From NCBI GenBank assembly GCA_019338205.1, contig GCA_019338205.1_4761.1: a stretch of 64,000 bases of DNA; one strand, 5' to 3'. Below, piece after piece: positions 53,549-63,700 of this stretch; position 1 is the stretch's first letter, and each line of letters begins with the position of its first letter. Origin of the DNA: a phage. Under the pieces are notes generated by a model, which worked only from the letters and a program-made list of their open reading frames with translations, did not search any database and had not been told where the DNA came from. The translations under genes and the position numbers were made by a program.

Positions 53549-53788
53549 TTATTTAGGTACTTGACTATCACTAGGTTTATCTTGCTCGTTGCTATCTTCT
53601 GACTGATCTTTATTAAACTCCTTATAAAGTTCTTCCACAAAACGATCATCAATTGGCGTATTGGTATAAGCCGCAAGACGACGAGCGCAATAGAAGAAAA
53701 TTTTAGTGAGCATCTTTTCACTAATTAACTTTGACAATAGTTTCATTCCGAAATTAGACAAAGCACCAATGACGATATTATAGACCAT
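53549..53788 (-). CDS. hypothetical small protein upstream of holin
   Basis: 79 aa; AAGGAG RBS; amphipathic N-terminus, acidic C-terminus. Confidence 0.5.
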   Translation of the reverse strand: MVYNIVIGALSNFGMKLLSKLISEKMLTKIFFYCARRLAAYTNTPIDDRFVEELYKEFNKDQSEDSNEQDKPSDSQVPK

Positions 53789-53841
53789 AGCCGTTTCTCC
53801 TTAGTAGTTCCCTTCCCTGGGAGTTTTCCTTAATTCTTTTT

Positions 53842-54144
53842 TTAACGGTTGCTCAAGCGTCTATAACGAAGATGGGAAATACCCCTGTTTGTAGTTACCG
53901 TGATCGTTACTCCCTGCGGCACAATACAAGAATGGATCTGTCCCCAATCATGACCCTTATGACTTCCAGACACACAGAAGCCATGCAAAAGCAATTCTGA
54001 GTCACCACCGCCACCACCAGAAGAACTAGCACCAAATGAAACCGTACCGAAAGCGTCGGCTGTCCAACCGTTAGGAATATCAAACCATCCCTGATTCGCT
54101 TTACCGGCTTTATTGTCTAAAACTCCATACACCCAATATCCCAT
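53842..54144 (-). CDS. glycine-rich small protein, tandem paralog C
   Basis: MGYWV..GWFDIPNGW..GGGGG; AGGAG RBS; TAATG coupling to upstream paralog. Confidence 0.6.
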   Translation of the reverse strand: MGYWVYGVLDNKAGKANQGWFDIPNGWTADAFGTVSFGASSSGGGGGDSELLLHGFCVSGSHKGHDWGQIHSCIVPQGVTITVTTNRGISHLRYRRLSNR

Positions 54145-54449
54145 TAATGCATTCTCCTAAATTGGAAGTGGTTTAAACTTCCTTTACCAATACTAAAACT
54201 GACAGTAGCGCCAGCACCAACTAAAGAACTTGCTCCCCAACTTCCTGCATTACCAGCGTGATGACCTGATTCGAGAGTACCGTTTACATATAATTCTGCG
54301 TCCAGGTCACCACCGCCACCAACGGCTTCGGCATGAACAGACACAATACCGCATGAATCAGCCACCCAACCATTAGGGATACCAAACCACCCACCATTAG
54401 CATAAATGCTAATAGCATTAGCCATTCTTCCCGCAACCCATCCAGCCAT
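54144..54449 (-). CDS. glycine-rich small protein, tandem paralog B
   Basis: MAGWV..GWFGIPNGW..GGGG; GGAG RBS. Confidence 0.6.
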   Translation of the reverse strand: MAGWVAGRMANAISIYANGGWFGIPNGWVADSCGIVSVHAEAVGGGGDLDAELYVNGTLESGHHAGNAGSWGASSLVGAGATVSFSIGKGSLNHFQFRRMH

Positions 54450-54451
54450 AA

Positions 54452-54748
54452 TTAAAACTCCATAAATTTAAAGTATTCAATACCACCGCCACCACCATGA
54501 CCAAAGGTGACAGTACATCCAGCAGGAACAAACGCATTAACCGTAAATCCCCAATCCCCACCACCACGACGACGCGCGGCGACCACACCGTCAACGGAAA
54601 TATGAATATCACCCCAAACATCACGAGCGGTATGCCGCAAAACGGCAACACCAGCACGACCGGGGACATATCCATTAGGAATGTCAAATACATGCCATTT
54701 TACAGCATCGATTTTAGTTCCTTGTTCATTACTTACCCAATAGCCCAT
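54452..54748 (-). CDS. glycine-rich small protein, tandem paralog A
   Basis: MGYWV..FDIPNGY..GGG..GGGGG; AAGGA RBS after hairpin. Confidence 0.6.
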   Translation of the reverse strand: MGYWVSNEQGTKIDAVKWHVFDIPNGYVPGRAGVAVLRHTARDVWGDIHISVDGVVAARRRGGGDWGFTVNAFVPAGCTVTFGHGGGGGIEYFKFMEF

Positions 54749-54786
54749 TTAAAATCCTTAGCGGGGATTTCTCCCCGCTATTTAAA

Positions 54787-57700
54787 TTAACCAAATAATT
54801 TTGCTTCAATTGCAGCAAGACGATCATGAAGAATTTTATTTTCTTCTTTCAGACGGTTATTTTCTTCTTTAAGAAGTGCGATTTCTTCGGTGTGTTCGTT
54901 GATTGCCGCAGTATTTAAACCAATTACACCGTTATAGTTCAAACGAAGTAGAGCTTCGCCATCAGGGTCACCTTCAACTAATTCTGGTAAAATAGCTTGA
55001 ACTTCTTGAGCAATTAAACCGGCGTTAGGTTCCCATTTCTGATTGCCTTCTTCATCTAGGCCTCGCTTCTGCATATAAGTGTAACCATTAATTTTGGAAA
55101 GCCTCTCAGAAGCATTTTCAAATTTAACAAGGTCTTTTTTAACACGAATATCAGAACGAACATAAACATCGCGGACATATGTGGAATAGGAATCGCTTTG
55201 TTGGATTAAATGACCAAAAGAAATAATAGCTCTTCCGTGTTCAGTCCACAGAGCACCAGTGGTATCCCAAAGACCTTCATGGAGATGGTAAGCGGACGAC
55301 CATGAAGCAATATGCATTCCATTTGCAACCATATTGATTCGGCCGTCACCACCATGAACTAATCCAGTATCATTATCACCAATAACAACACATGCGCCTG
55401 TCCATACAGGGTCACCTCCACCAGCTGATACTCTTACTCCAGCTTTAACCATGTCAGGAACGTACATGTTTCCATTATGGTGGAATTCGAAGACAGCTTG
55501 CGGATCAGAACCATTTTCCTGGTTACCTACACGAATAATACCTTGTGCCCAGTTATTAGGAATGCGTCGCATACCAAAATCAACGCCAGAAAAATATCCT
55601 TCGTTAGTAATACCAGATTTTCCTTTAATAATAGGGTAATAGCAGTCATTACCGACATAACCAAAATCCACAAATATAGGAGCTTCTTGACGCCATTGAT
55701 TTCCCCAATCGCCGGCCTGGTGTGCGATCCATTGTGTACCGTTTATATGAAGGCGGTCTCTATTAAAATTAAATGTTCCTTGTCCTTGAGGAGAAAGCGA
55801 TATTTCGCCGTTATTTGTTATGTATACAGCGCCTTGTGTAATGTAACTGTAAAAGCCTAGACCATTGTCACCACCGCCTTTGCCTATATACCAGTTACCT
55901 GTACCGTCTATGTCACCACGAATATGCAAAGAATTACTAGCAGTTGTTGATAATACAATAGAATCACCCGGACGTTTAATAATCAATCTACCTTCGGATT
56001 CAACTTCACCAAAAAATTTAGTCTTAATTGCACCAGTCGCTAAAGTACGTTCAGTGGAAAAATGAACGCCTTTGCTATCTTCTAACTGGATGATGTTATC
56101 ACGAGCATTATTACTATCACCCCAATGGTTAAATTTAAAATAATCTCGTGATCCTAAACGTCCGGCGTCAAAAATCATCAAGCCTTTCATGTTAATATCA
56201 CCACCAAAAAATGCGGTGAGAGAATCACATTTTAATTTTAAAACGTTAGCACGACTAGTACCACCTAAAGAAACATCACCAGTGCTAAATTCATAACTGA
56301 AAGGTCTATTTGTATTAAAGTTTCCATCTTTATCATTTTCGTCGGTGGAAAGAATATAAAGACGCGAGCTATCAGCACGGAAAATTGTACCAAAATTTCC
56401 GCCATACATACGGAAAGCATTAGCTGGGCGGAATTTAACTTCTGCGTTAAAAGTTGTAGTTGATTTAAACGTGGTTGCAGCACCGAAGTTAACTGCACCA
56501 TTAAAATCTTGTTGAGCTGTCCATGTATGGCGACCATCTTCAAGAACAACACGACGAACTCTGCAACTTCTATTTCCCGGATTACCAGCAACACGAACGA
56601 CAAAATAACGGTAGTTATTTTGTGTCACAGTACCGCGCCAAACCTGAACAGTACGCCCTGTGCTAGTGTGTTCGCTAGGACCGACGGAAAACAGAATCAA
56701 GTTTTCATCAATCGTGCCCCAATCCATATTTTCTGGCATGTTCTTTATTTTGTTCAAAGGAACGCTAAACATACTACCGGGGACAAAATCAAAAGTTTGC
56801 CAATCTAACTCTGTTAATTTAGATTTAACACCACCCATACCCAAAGTAATTGGCATAGAATAGGACGTATATACTTCGTACCAATTGCCCCAGATGTTAT
56901 TTGTCATCGCACGTTCAAACACGCGAGATCGCGTAGTTTCACCCGTTCCTGCGGTAGTGAAACGTTGGAAAATAGCGCCGCCGGAAGCACGCTGTTTAAC
57001 CTCAAGCAATCCGGTCATCTCAACCGGAACACCTTCTGCAACTGGACGGTTAATAACGGCATCAGTGCCTAAAATATTATATAAGCCAGGAGAACGAAAA
57101 TTATTAAGATCCCCGTCATAAAATGTGCTGGGAGTAACCATGCCTACTTGTTGCCACGGTCCCCAATTCGGAGCTTCTGGATCCCATGCACCAGCAAGAC
57201 AACGAACATATACAACACCCATTCGGGTAGTATAACGTTGCGTGCGAGAATAGTTACCACCTTCATAAATTTCTAAAAGACCTTGCGCGAGACCACCTTC
57301 TTCTGGGTAATTTCGAGAAAATGATGCAATGGAACTTGAACTATTTCGCCATAACCCAAAATGAGAAGCATCACCTAAAGTATTCAAGTCTAGTGTAGTT
57401 GATAGTGGACGTGTGCCAGTTTGAATATTGCGCCACGGACCCCATGGACCATCTACGCCATTCCATTTCGCGGACAAAGAACGGATATAAACGTTACCAG
57501 ACCGAACCGTATAACGCTGAGTGCCAGCAAATTGACCAGCCACAAATACTTCTAATACACCTACAGCATTCTCTTCTGGGAATTTATTTGCTGGCTGCGC
57601 ATTTGTTGAAGTTGATTTAGACCAAACGCCAGTAAATTTACCAGTAGGTCCATAATTATCTAAATTTGCATCAGATGGCAACTCACCGCGAAAGTGTCCC

Positions 57701-57849
57701 AAAGTAATTACATTATTGCTGTCATCTTTTGTATATAGTTCTCGATCCGCTAGGTTAATAGCAAGTTCACCCGGAGTTAGAATATTCGCATCCGGCTTGC
57801 GACCTGCCGTACTTGTTCTTTTAAATTGGATTCTCTGTAAATCTGCCAT
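54787..57849 (-). CDS. 37: long tail fibre distal subunit gp37 with C-terminal intramolecular chaperone-like domain
   Basis: N-terminus MADLQRIQFKRTSTAG..GELAINL like T4 gp37; C-terminus SDIRVKKDL..GYTYMQK..GLIAQEV..coiled coil resembles peptidase S74-type chaperone domains. Confidence 0.8.
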   Translation of the reverse strand: MADLQRIQFKRTSTAGRKPDANILTPGELAINLADRELYTKDDSNNVITLGHFRGELPSDANLDNYGPTGKFTGVWSKSTSTNAQPANKFPEENAVGVLEVFVAGQFAGTQRYTVRSGNVYIRSLSAKWNGVDGPWGPWRNIQTGTRPLSTTLDLNTLGDASHFGLWRNSSSSIASFSRNYPEEGGLAQGLLEIYEGGNYSRTQRYTTRMGVVYVRCLAGAWDPEAPNWGPWQQVGMVTPSTFYDGDLNNFRSPGLYNILGTDAVINRPVAEGVPVEMTGLLEVKQRASGGAIFQRFTTAGTGETTRSRVFERAMTNNIWGNWYEVYTSYSMPITLGMGGVKSKLTELDWQTFDFVPGSMFSVPLNKIKNMPENMDWGTIDENLILFSVGPSEHTSTGRTVQVWRGTVTQNNYRYFVVRVAGNPGNRSCRVRRVVLEDGRHTWTAQQDFNGAVNFGAATTFKSTTTFNAEVKFRPANAFRMYGGNFGTIFRADSSRLYILSTDENDKDGNFNTNRPFSYEFSTGDVSLGGTSRANVLKLKCDSLTAFFGGDINMKGLMIFDAGRLGSRDYFKFNHWGDSNNARDNIIQLEDSKGVHFSTERTLATGAIKTKFFGEVESEGRLIIKRPGDSIVLSTTASNSLHIRGDIDGTGNWYIGKGGGDNGLGFYSYITQGAVYITNNGEISLSPQGQGTFNFNRDRLHINGTQWIAHQAGDWGNQWRQEAPIFVDFGYVGNDCYYPIIKGKSGITNEGYFSGVDFGMRRIPNNWAQGIIRVGNQENGSDPQAVFEFHHNGNMYVPDMVKAGVRVSAGGGDPVWTGACVVIGDNDTGLVHGGDGRINMVANGMHIASWSSAYHLHEGLWDTTGALWTEHGRAIISFGHLIQQSDSYSTYVRDVYVRSDIRVKKDLVKFENASERLSKINGYTYMQKRGLDEEGNQKWEPNAGLIAQEVQAILPELVEGDPDGEALLRLNYNGVIGLNTAAINEHTEEIALLKEENNRLKEENKILHDRLAAIEAKLFG

Positions 57850-57916
57850 TTTATAAAATCCTTAACGGTTGTTAGAATAATATTATTTAGAAAAGCGGGG
57901 ATTATCCCCGCTAGAA

Positions 57917-59407
57917 TTAGAAAGTACCAAAATCAATTACCGCATTAAGCGGAACCGCGCCAACTTCGGCAGGGGTAGGTTTGTGTCCTTCGTGGTATAA
58001 TTCAAATGTATCGGTGTCCTGAGTATTGTTGCGTGATTTAACGAAAATAATTTTAGAATCATGTGTGATGCCTAGTTTCTCGTGCGCTTTAATATCACTA
58101 ACACGATGAATCATTGCTGTGCCATCTAAGCTATTAAGTCCAGCGTAGCAATTATCACCATTATAGTTAGCTTTTGCGGTACGAACGCCGTTTGCAGCGG
58201 GAACTGTCAAAGCACCTCTCATGGTATCGCCAGTAACATTAACATAGCGAGCATCAGCCAATTTACGGTTATCTACATAGTTCCATGCAGTCCATGATTC
58301 ATTAGAACAAGAACGCCAGCACATCGGATGATCAATAGATTCAGGATAGTATACCTGAACAATTCGACGAGTACCGACCGCATCTTCTGGGCGATATACC
58401 ATCAAAACGCCGTTATAATAGCTATCAGACGGTTTATTAGTACCTGATCCAGCATTTTCCACACGATAGATACCGCGATTAATAAGAGTGTTCCAATCAA
58501 CGTTTCCAATGATTGTTGGATTTGCTACCATTGATTTTTTCTCAAAGTAGCTCAAACGAACCAATTCATTAGGACCAGCAGGATCGTTTGTCGCCAACAT
58601 TCTAGGCGCTTGCAAGTTACCTTCCATAATATCACCAGCACGTTTAACCTGTGCATCATTGGTGACATTGCCTAGCCCAACATCGGCTTTAGTTGGTTTA
58701 TTGTTGGTGTGATAAAAACGACCTTCTCTGCCATTAACAAAAATGGTAGGCTCATCTTTACTTCGGAAGACCAACGTATCAAGAACGTTACCATAATAGA
58801 TCTTAGTCGCATCAAAATTAATTAAATCACGTTCCCTTGCAATTAATTTCGAATCAACCGATAGTTTAACAGTGACAGTGTTTAAATTATATGTTCCTGT
58901 GAGAGTATCACCGCGACGAGACACCAAATCTAAATCATTATTCGTTGGTTTATTAACAGGGCTATAGACGCGTTGACCTGTGTCTTTAATGGTTGTCCCT
59001 TCGATAGTCCCTTTAGACTTAAATTCGCCCGTTGTGGTGTCAATATACGCCATAATAACGCCATCACGGGCATTAACAAAGCCGATTGACTTCCATGAAT
59101 GCAAACCCCAGCTTACGCCGTCAAAATTAGCAGCGTCGCTCTGACCTTTAAAGATACCATTCTTTTTGGTTTCTCCAGCCGATGCGCTACCTACGCTTAA
59201 ACCTTCCTCGAAATGAACTTGCTTTTGAAATGTGCCACCTTCGGATGCACTAACAGCATCAAAATCGGTAGCCGAAGGTCTATCAAAAGCGGTATAGATT
59301 TTATGACCTTTGTAGAAAAGCTGATCCCCCGCTGGCTGGATCGTCAAGTTTCCTTGCGTCCAAATGGGAGATCCACCTACAGTAGATCCATATTTCAAAT
59401 CTGCCAT
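57917..59407 (-). CDS. 36: long tail fibre subunit gp36 (extended, 496 aa)
   Basis: N-terminus MADLKYGSTVGGSPIWTQGN..PAGD like T4 gp36; synteny. Confidence 0.7.
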   Translation of the reverse strand: MADLKYGSTVGGSPIWTQGNLTIQPAGDQLFYKGHKIYTAFDRPSATDFDAVSASEGGTFQKQVHFEEGLSVGSASAGETKKNGIFKGQSDAANFDGVSWGLHSWKSIGFVNARDGVIMAYIDTTTGEFKSKGTIEGTTIKDTGQRVYSPVNKPTNNDLDLVSRRGDTLTGTYNLNTVTVKLSVDSKLIARERDLINFDATKIYYGNVLDTLVFRSKDEPTIFVNGREGRFYHTNNKPTKADVGLGNVTNDAQVKRAGDIMEGNLQAPRMLATNDPAGPNELVRLSYFEKKSMVANPTIIGNVDWNTLINRGIYRVENAGSGTNKPSDSYYNGVLMVYRPEDAVGTRRIVQVYYPESIDHPMCWRSCSNESWTAWNYVDNRKLADARYVNVTGDTMRGALTVPAANGVRTAKANYNGDNCYAGLNSLDGTAMIHRVSDIKAHEKLGITHDSKIIFVKSRNNTQDTDTFELYHEGHKPTPAEVGAVPLNAVIDFGTF

Positions 59408-59440
59408 AAAGTAACCTCAAAAATTAGTTATAGTTCCGAG

Positions 59441-59448
59441 TATTTATA
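59441..59448 (-). promoter_or_regulatory. T4-type late promoter TATAAATA upstream of gene 36
   Basis: reverse complement of plus TATTTATA; 33 nt upstream of gp36 ATG; gp55 is present in window. Confidence 0.55.
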
Positions 59449-59567
59449 GAATGTTAACAAAATATCGCTTCGCGACGTGCCGTAGGCACTGACTAATTTT
59501 TAACCGAAACAAACTTTTCTATATTCTAAAGATCTTTCTTCGTTTTGGTTACATTTTAACCAACTGT

Positions 59568-59599
59568 ATAAAAATAAAGCCGACCACATGGATCGGCTT
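59568..59599 (-). terminator. intrinsic terminator after gene 35
   Basis: minus strand AGCCGATCCATGTGGTCGGCT + TTTATTTTTAT. Confidence 0.7.
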
Positions 59600-59609
59600 G
59601 TTAAAAATG

Positions 59610-60749
59610 TTAATCAACATCGAACTCTTTAAAGTTGTTGGATGTGATGTGTTTATTATCTCTAGGAAGTTTAAGAAGACTCATTACAGGGTTAGTAAAA
59701 TCACCGTTATCCTGAATATGAGTTGTTCTAACACCATTAACACCAAATGAAGTAGGACCAGTAGTTTTGACGACTCCACTGATCGGCGTTATTAGTATGT
59801 TTCTAATTTTAACAATACCTTCATTTGAGTTGGTTGGATATCTGATACAACCAGTTACTACACTATCGACACCTTCCGGCACGGTATAGACGGCTTCAAA
59901 CTTTTCCCATTGGTCTTTTTTGCTGGCATTGTATCGAACACCAGTTTTATATTGTCCATCGGTGAAGTAGTTGTGATAGAAACGCGCTGTTACGTTGGCT
60001 GCGGCTGCGGCACTATCACGGAACAATTCAAATGATAATGATAGTTTGTCACCTGCCTTTATGTTAAAATATTCAAGTGGTGCGCTGATCTCATCATGAG
60101 GCCATTGTATTAGCTCGAAATGTTCGGCATCTTCACTAACATACTCAACCGGATAATCTAAAAATCGTTGTGGTGTTCCTGTTATAGCAAGATCATCTAT
60201 AGTATCATAGACTTTCTCAATTTGTATAGATGAATCTTGTCCTTCCCCGTGGGTCGCTTGCATCCCTTCGCACACAATTTTACCCATTTTAGTAGAATAA
60301 ATTGCTGCATAGGATACACGAGGCATTTGCTGTAGCAAAATGTGATTCGGGAATGATACAGATCCCATCTTAGAAAATACAACATCACTTATCGGATCTG
60401 CAAACAATTCTCCATGCGTTGCCATCGCAATGATATAGTCACCTTTCAGCAAAGAAAGATAATCACGCATTGCCAAAACAGCACCGCGACCATAGAATAC
60501 CTTTTCTTCGTGTAGTTGTCCAGTTGGAGTAAGAACTTTAAAATTTAGGCCATTTTCATAGCCAGTGCCAACGATCTCCACTCCATTAAATCTAATCCTT
60601 GCTGGTTTGGTAGAATCCGCATTAGATCCGCGAACTTCCAGCTTATACATCACAGAGTTATTTTCTGAAATGCTGGTAAATGTCGCAGAGTCTTCGTCGA
60701 AATGCGCAAACCTAATTCCAGTGTTGCGTAATTCTATATCTTGTGTCAT
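59610..60749 (-). CDS. 35: long tail fibre hinge subunit gp35
   Basis: 379 aa; position between gp34 and gp36. Confidence 0.6.
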   Translation of the reverse strand: MTQDIELRNTGIRFAHFDEDSATFTSISENNSVMYKLEVRGSNADSTKPARIRFNGVEIVGTGYENGLNFKVLTPTGQLHEEKVFYGRGAVLAMRDYLSLLKGDYIIAMATHGELFADPISDVVFSKMGSVSFPNHILLQQMPRVSYAAIYSTKMGKIVCEGMQATHGEGQDSSIQIEKVYDTIDDLAITGTPQRFLDYPVEYVSEDAEHFELIQWPHDEISAPLEYFNIKAGDKLSLSFELFRDSAAAAANVTARFYHNYFTDGQYKTGVRYNASKKDQWEKFEAVYTVPEGVDSVVTGCIRYPTNSNEGIVKIRNILITPISGVVKTTGPTSFGVNGVRTTHIQDNGDFTNPVMSLLKLPRDNKHITSNNFKEFDVD

Positions 60750-60783
60750 AATAACCCCATAGGGGGACTTTCGCCCCCTTTAA

Positions 60784-63700
60784 TTAGTCTTCCCAGATAA
60801 AGTCTACGGTACGAGTCAGATTATTGGCGATGATTTTAACATTACCAACTTTGATCCAATCACGAACCGTCATAGAGTTCATTAAACCACCTTCTGCAAC
60901 TACTGCCCCGATTTCCTGAGCGGTAGGCTTATTCTGTTTGGTGTAAATTTCACCCCATGCGGTCCATTGACCACCAGTACCGGAACGGATATAATGTTTA
61001 TGAGTACCATCGGGGGACCAAAGCTGGGTAAGCCCGTCCGCGTCAGTACCCCATTGCATCAGAGTACCGTTTTTCTTCTCTGGATAAGTTTCTTTGATGT
61101 TCTGGGTAGAAACGCGCATATTCCAGAAACCGATGTTACCAATTGCTGGTGCAGTAGTAGCGATCGCTTCATGCTTAACTGATACAATAGACGCATTATC
61201 CATAATCAATTTACCAGTCATTGTATCACCAGCATTCTTAACAAACTGACGATTAAGAACTTCGTCTGCGTTTCCTGCGTGGACGATCTGATATTTCTGT
61301 CCGGCAATCTCTGTAGTAAGCGTCTGATAACCTGCTTTGATGTTAACACTTCCACCGTGACCGATATTCAGCATACCATCTGGGGAACGAGTCATTGCCG
61401 GATTAGACTGGTCAACAATGTATAAACCGCCTTGTTTCGCATACAGGTTGCGACCTGCAATAAAGTCTCTATATGCTGTCGCGTCGCCATTGTGTTTCAT
61501 AGCAAAGGCGTAATGCTCAACGACTCCACCATCATTGATTTTACCGAAAGCGATAGCATCACTATCAACAACTTGCGCTGTTCCAGTACCACCAACGATA
61601 ATAGACCATGAGTTTTTCATGCCTTCCGATGCGGTTGTGCCATGCAGAGTAATTCCGGTGTGTCCGTCAACTCCACGCTCACCCAACACCAGATGACCAT
61701 TACTCGGATCATCAGTAGAGTTCTTAGTCACAGACAGAGTTTCAAAGGAACCAGATTTTAAACAATCTAAATCGCCCTTCACGTTAACGTTTTTATTAAA
61801 CGTGTAATTGCTCTCAATGGTCTGGTCAATGTCTCTACGCGCCCATTTAGCGGCCTCTACGTCACCCAATTTCAAACTATTCTGAGCGGTTGCCATCTTA
61901 GGTAAGAAATTAGCAAGTGCGTAGTTTAATCCTTTAGGGGTAACAGCAATTCCGTCATGCTGGTAGTTTCCTAGTTCTTGAGTAGAACCTTGCAGATTGT
62001 CACCAACAAAACAGTTTTCCTGAGTAGCAACTTTCAAGAAACCACGACGAGCTTCGGTTGCTTTCCATGTATCCTCTGTCTGAACAACATATTTGAAGTT
62101 CTTCGGAGAAATTGCTACATTAGCCAGTGTACCAGCCACGGTTTCGGCTTGAGTACCAACGCGGATAATACCTTCTTTACCTTCGGTGGCCTTTTTGCCT
62201 TGCAGCTTTTTAGGAGTGATGATTGTAGTATCATCTTGACCAACATCCGTAAGCTGAGTAGTAGCAACTTTAGCGACACCTTTTGTGTCTTCGGTTGCAT
62301 CAAGACCTCTGATCATGATACCTTGCCACAAGTCACCAGTAAGGTTAAGCCCCTGAGTCGGGTCTACTTTCAAACGCTGTGCATTCTCAAAGAAGGTTTT
62401 AATCTTCAATGGGGTAGAAATGCGAGCATCGTCACGACCTGCGTCAAACTCTTCTTGAGTTGCAATTTCTGCTAAACCATGTAAAGTTTCCGTTGCGCGG
62501 CGAGTATGCAGCTTTTTAGGCGTGATGATATGGTTATCACTTTGACCTAAGTTTGTTTCTTCCTGAGTTGCAATTTCAGCGATACCAGTACGCGATTCGG
62601 TAGCAGTACGTTTCGTTAGCGTGCGAGTCGTGATTAGTAAAGCATCTTGCGGGGTTGATTCTGTAGCCCCTTGCACTTCCGCGTCAGTTGCCAGATACCC
62701 AACACCACGGGAAGTTTCGGTCGCCTTAACTTCGTTGATGTTTTGCGGAGTAACGATTTTAGCGTGGTCATTGATGTTATAGATCCCTGTACCAGCTTCA
62801 CCCCTTAGAGCGGCAGCATTACCGCCTACCTGAACAATTTCAGCGATACCAGCAAGATCCTCTGACGCTCGACGCTCTTCTAACTTCTTAGGAGTGATTG
62901 CGCGGGTATCGTCTAAACCTTCGTTGGTTTCATGTTGAGTTGCAATTTCCATCACACCACGACGGTCTTCGGTAGCAACACAGTCATTTAACTTTTTAGG
63001 TGTAACGATAACATCATCCAGGAAGCTGGAACCAGTATCTTGATGCGTTTCCGCTTGAGTTGCAATGCGAGCAATACCGCGTCGAGTTTCGTTGGCTGTT
63101 TTATTAGCCAGAACCTTTGGAGTCACCGCAACTTCGTCGCTAGGATTCTCTTCATGGTTTTTATTCGTTTCAGTCTGGGTAGCCAGTGCAATTACACCAA
63201 CACGATCTTTACGAGTCGGATCTACTCGTTCTACAATCGGGTGAGCATGTGCCACCAACCAGTATTTCTTACCATCATCACCTTCTGAATAAGAGAACTC
63301 CAGATAAGGTACATAATCATTTGCAGCGTTGAAAGACAATTCAGATACTCCCGTCCATGTATCGGTCCCATTGAATGGGTACTCGCTACGCTTAGGAAAC
63401 TGAACCGTGTTTTTCTGCATAAGGATTTTTGTATCCTCTTCTGAGGTAATGATTCGGCAAGTCTGGTTTCCGCGCATATACTGCATAGAAACTTGAATAC
63501 GATCACCCGGCTCGACATTGGTCGGTAAAGTCAAGGTAACATCACGATCACCAAATACTGCAACATAGCTATTAGGGGATAAGCGAGTATCACTAATGAT
63601 AGGATTCAAGCGAACAGACTGATCACCATCCCACAAACGCCATAAGTTTTCCGGTTTGTCAAATATGAATACACCATGACCGCTACGCTTACCAACAATT

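Noticed and set aside
59213-59449. 78 aa plus-strand ORF in the gp35-gp36 intergenic region
   Set aside because: Overlaps the gp36 start, the late promoter and the terminator on the opposite strand; no RBS; region is better explained as minus-strand regulatory DNA.
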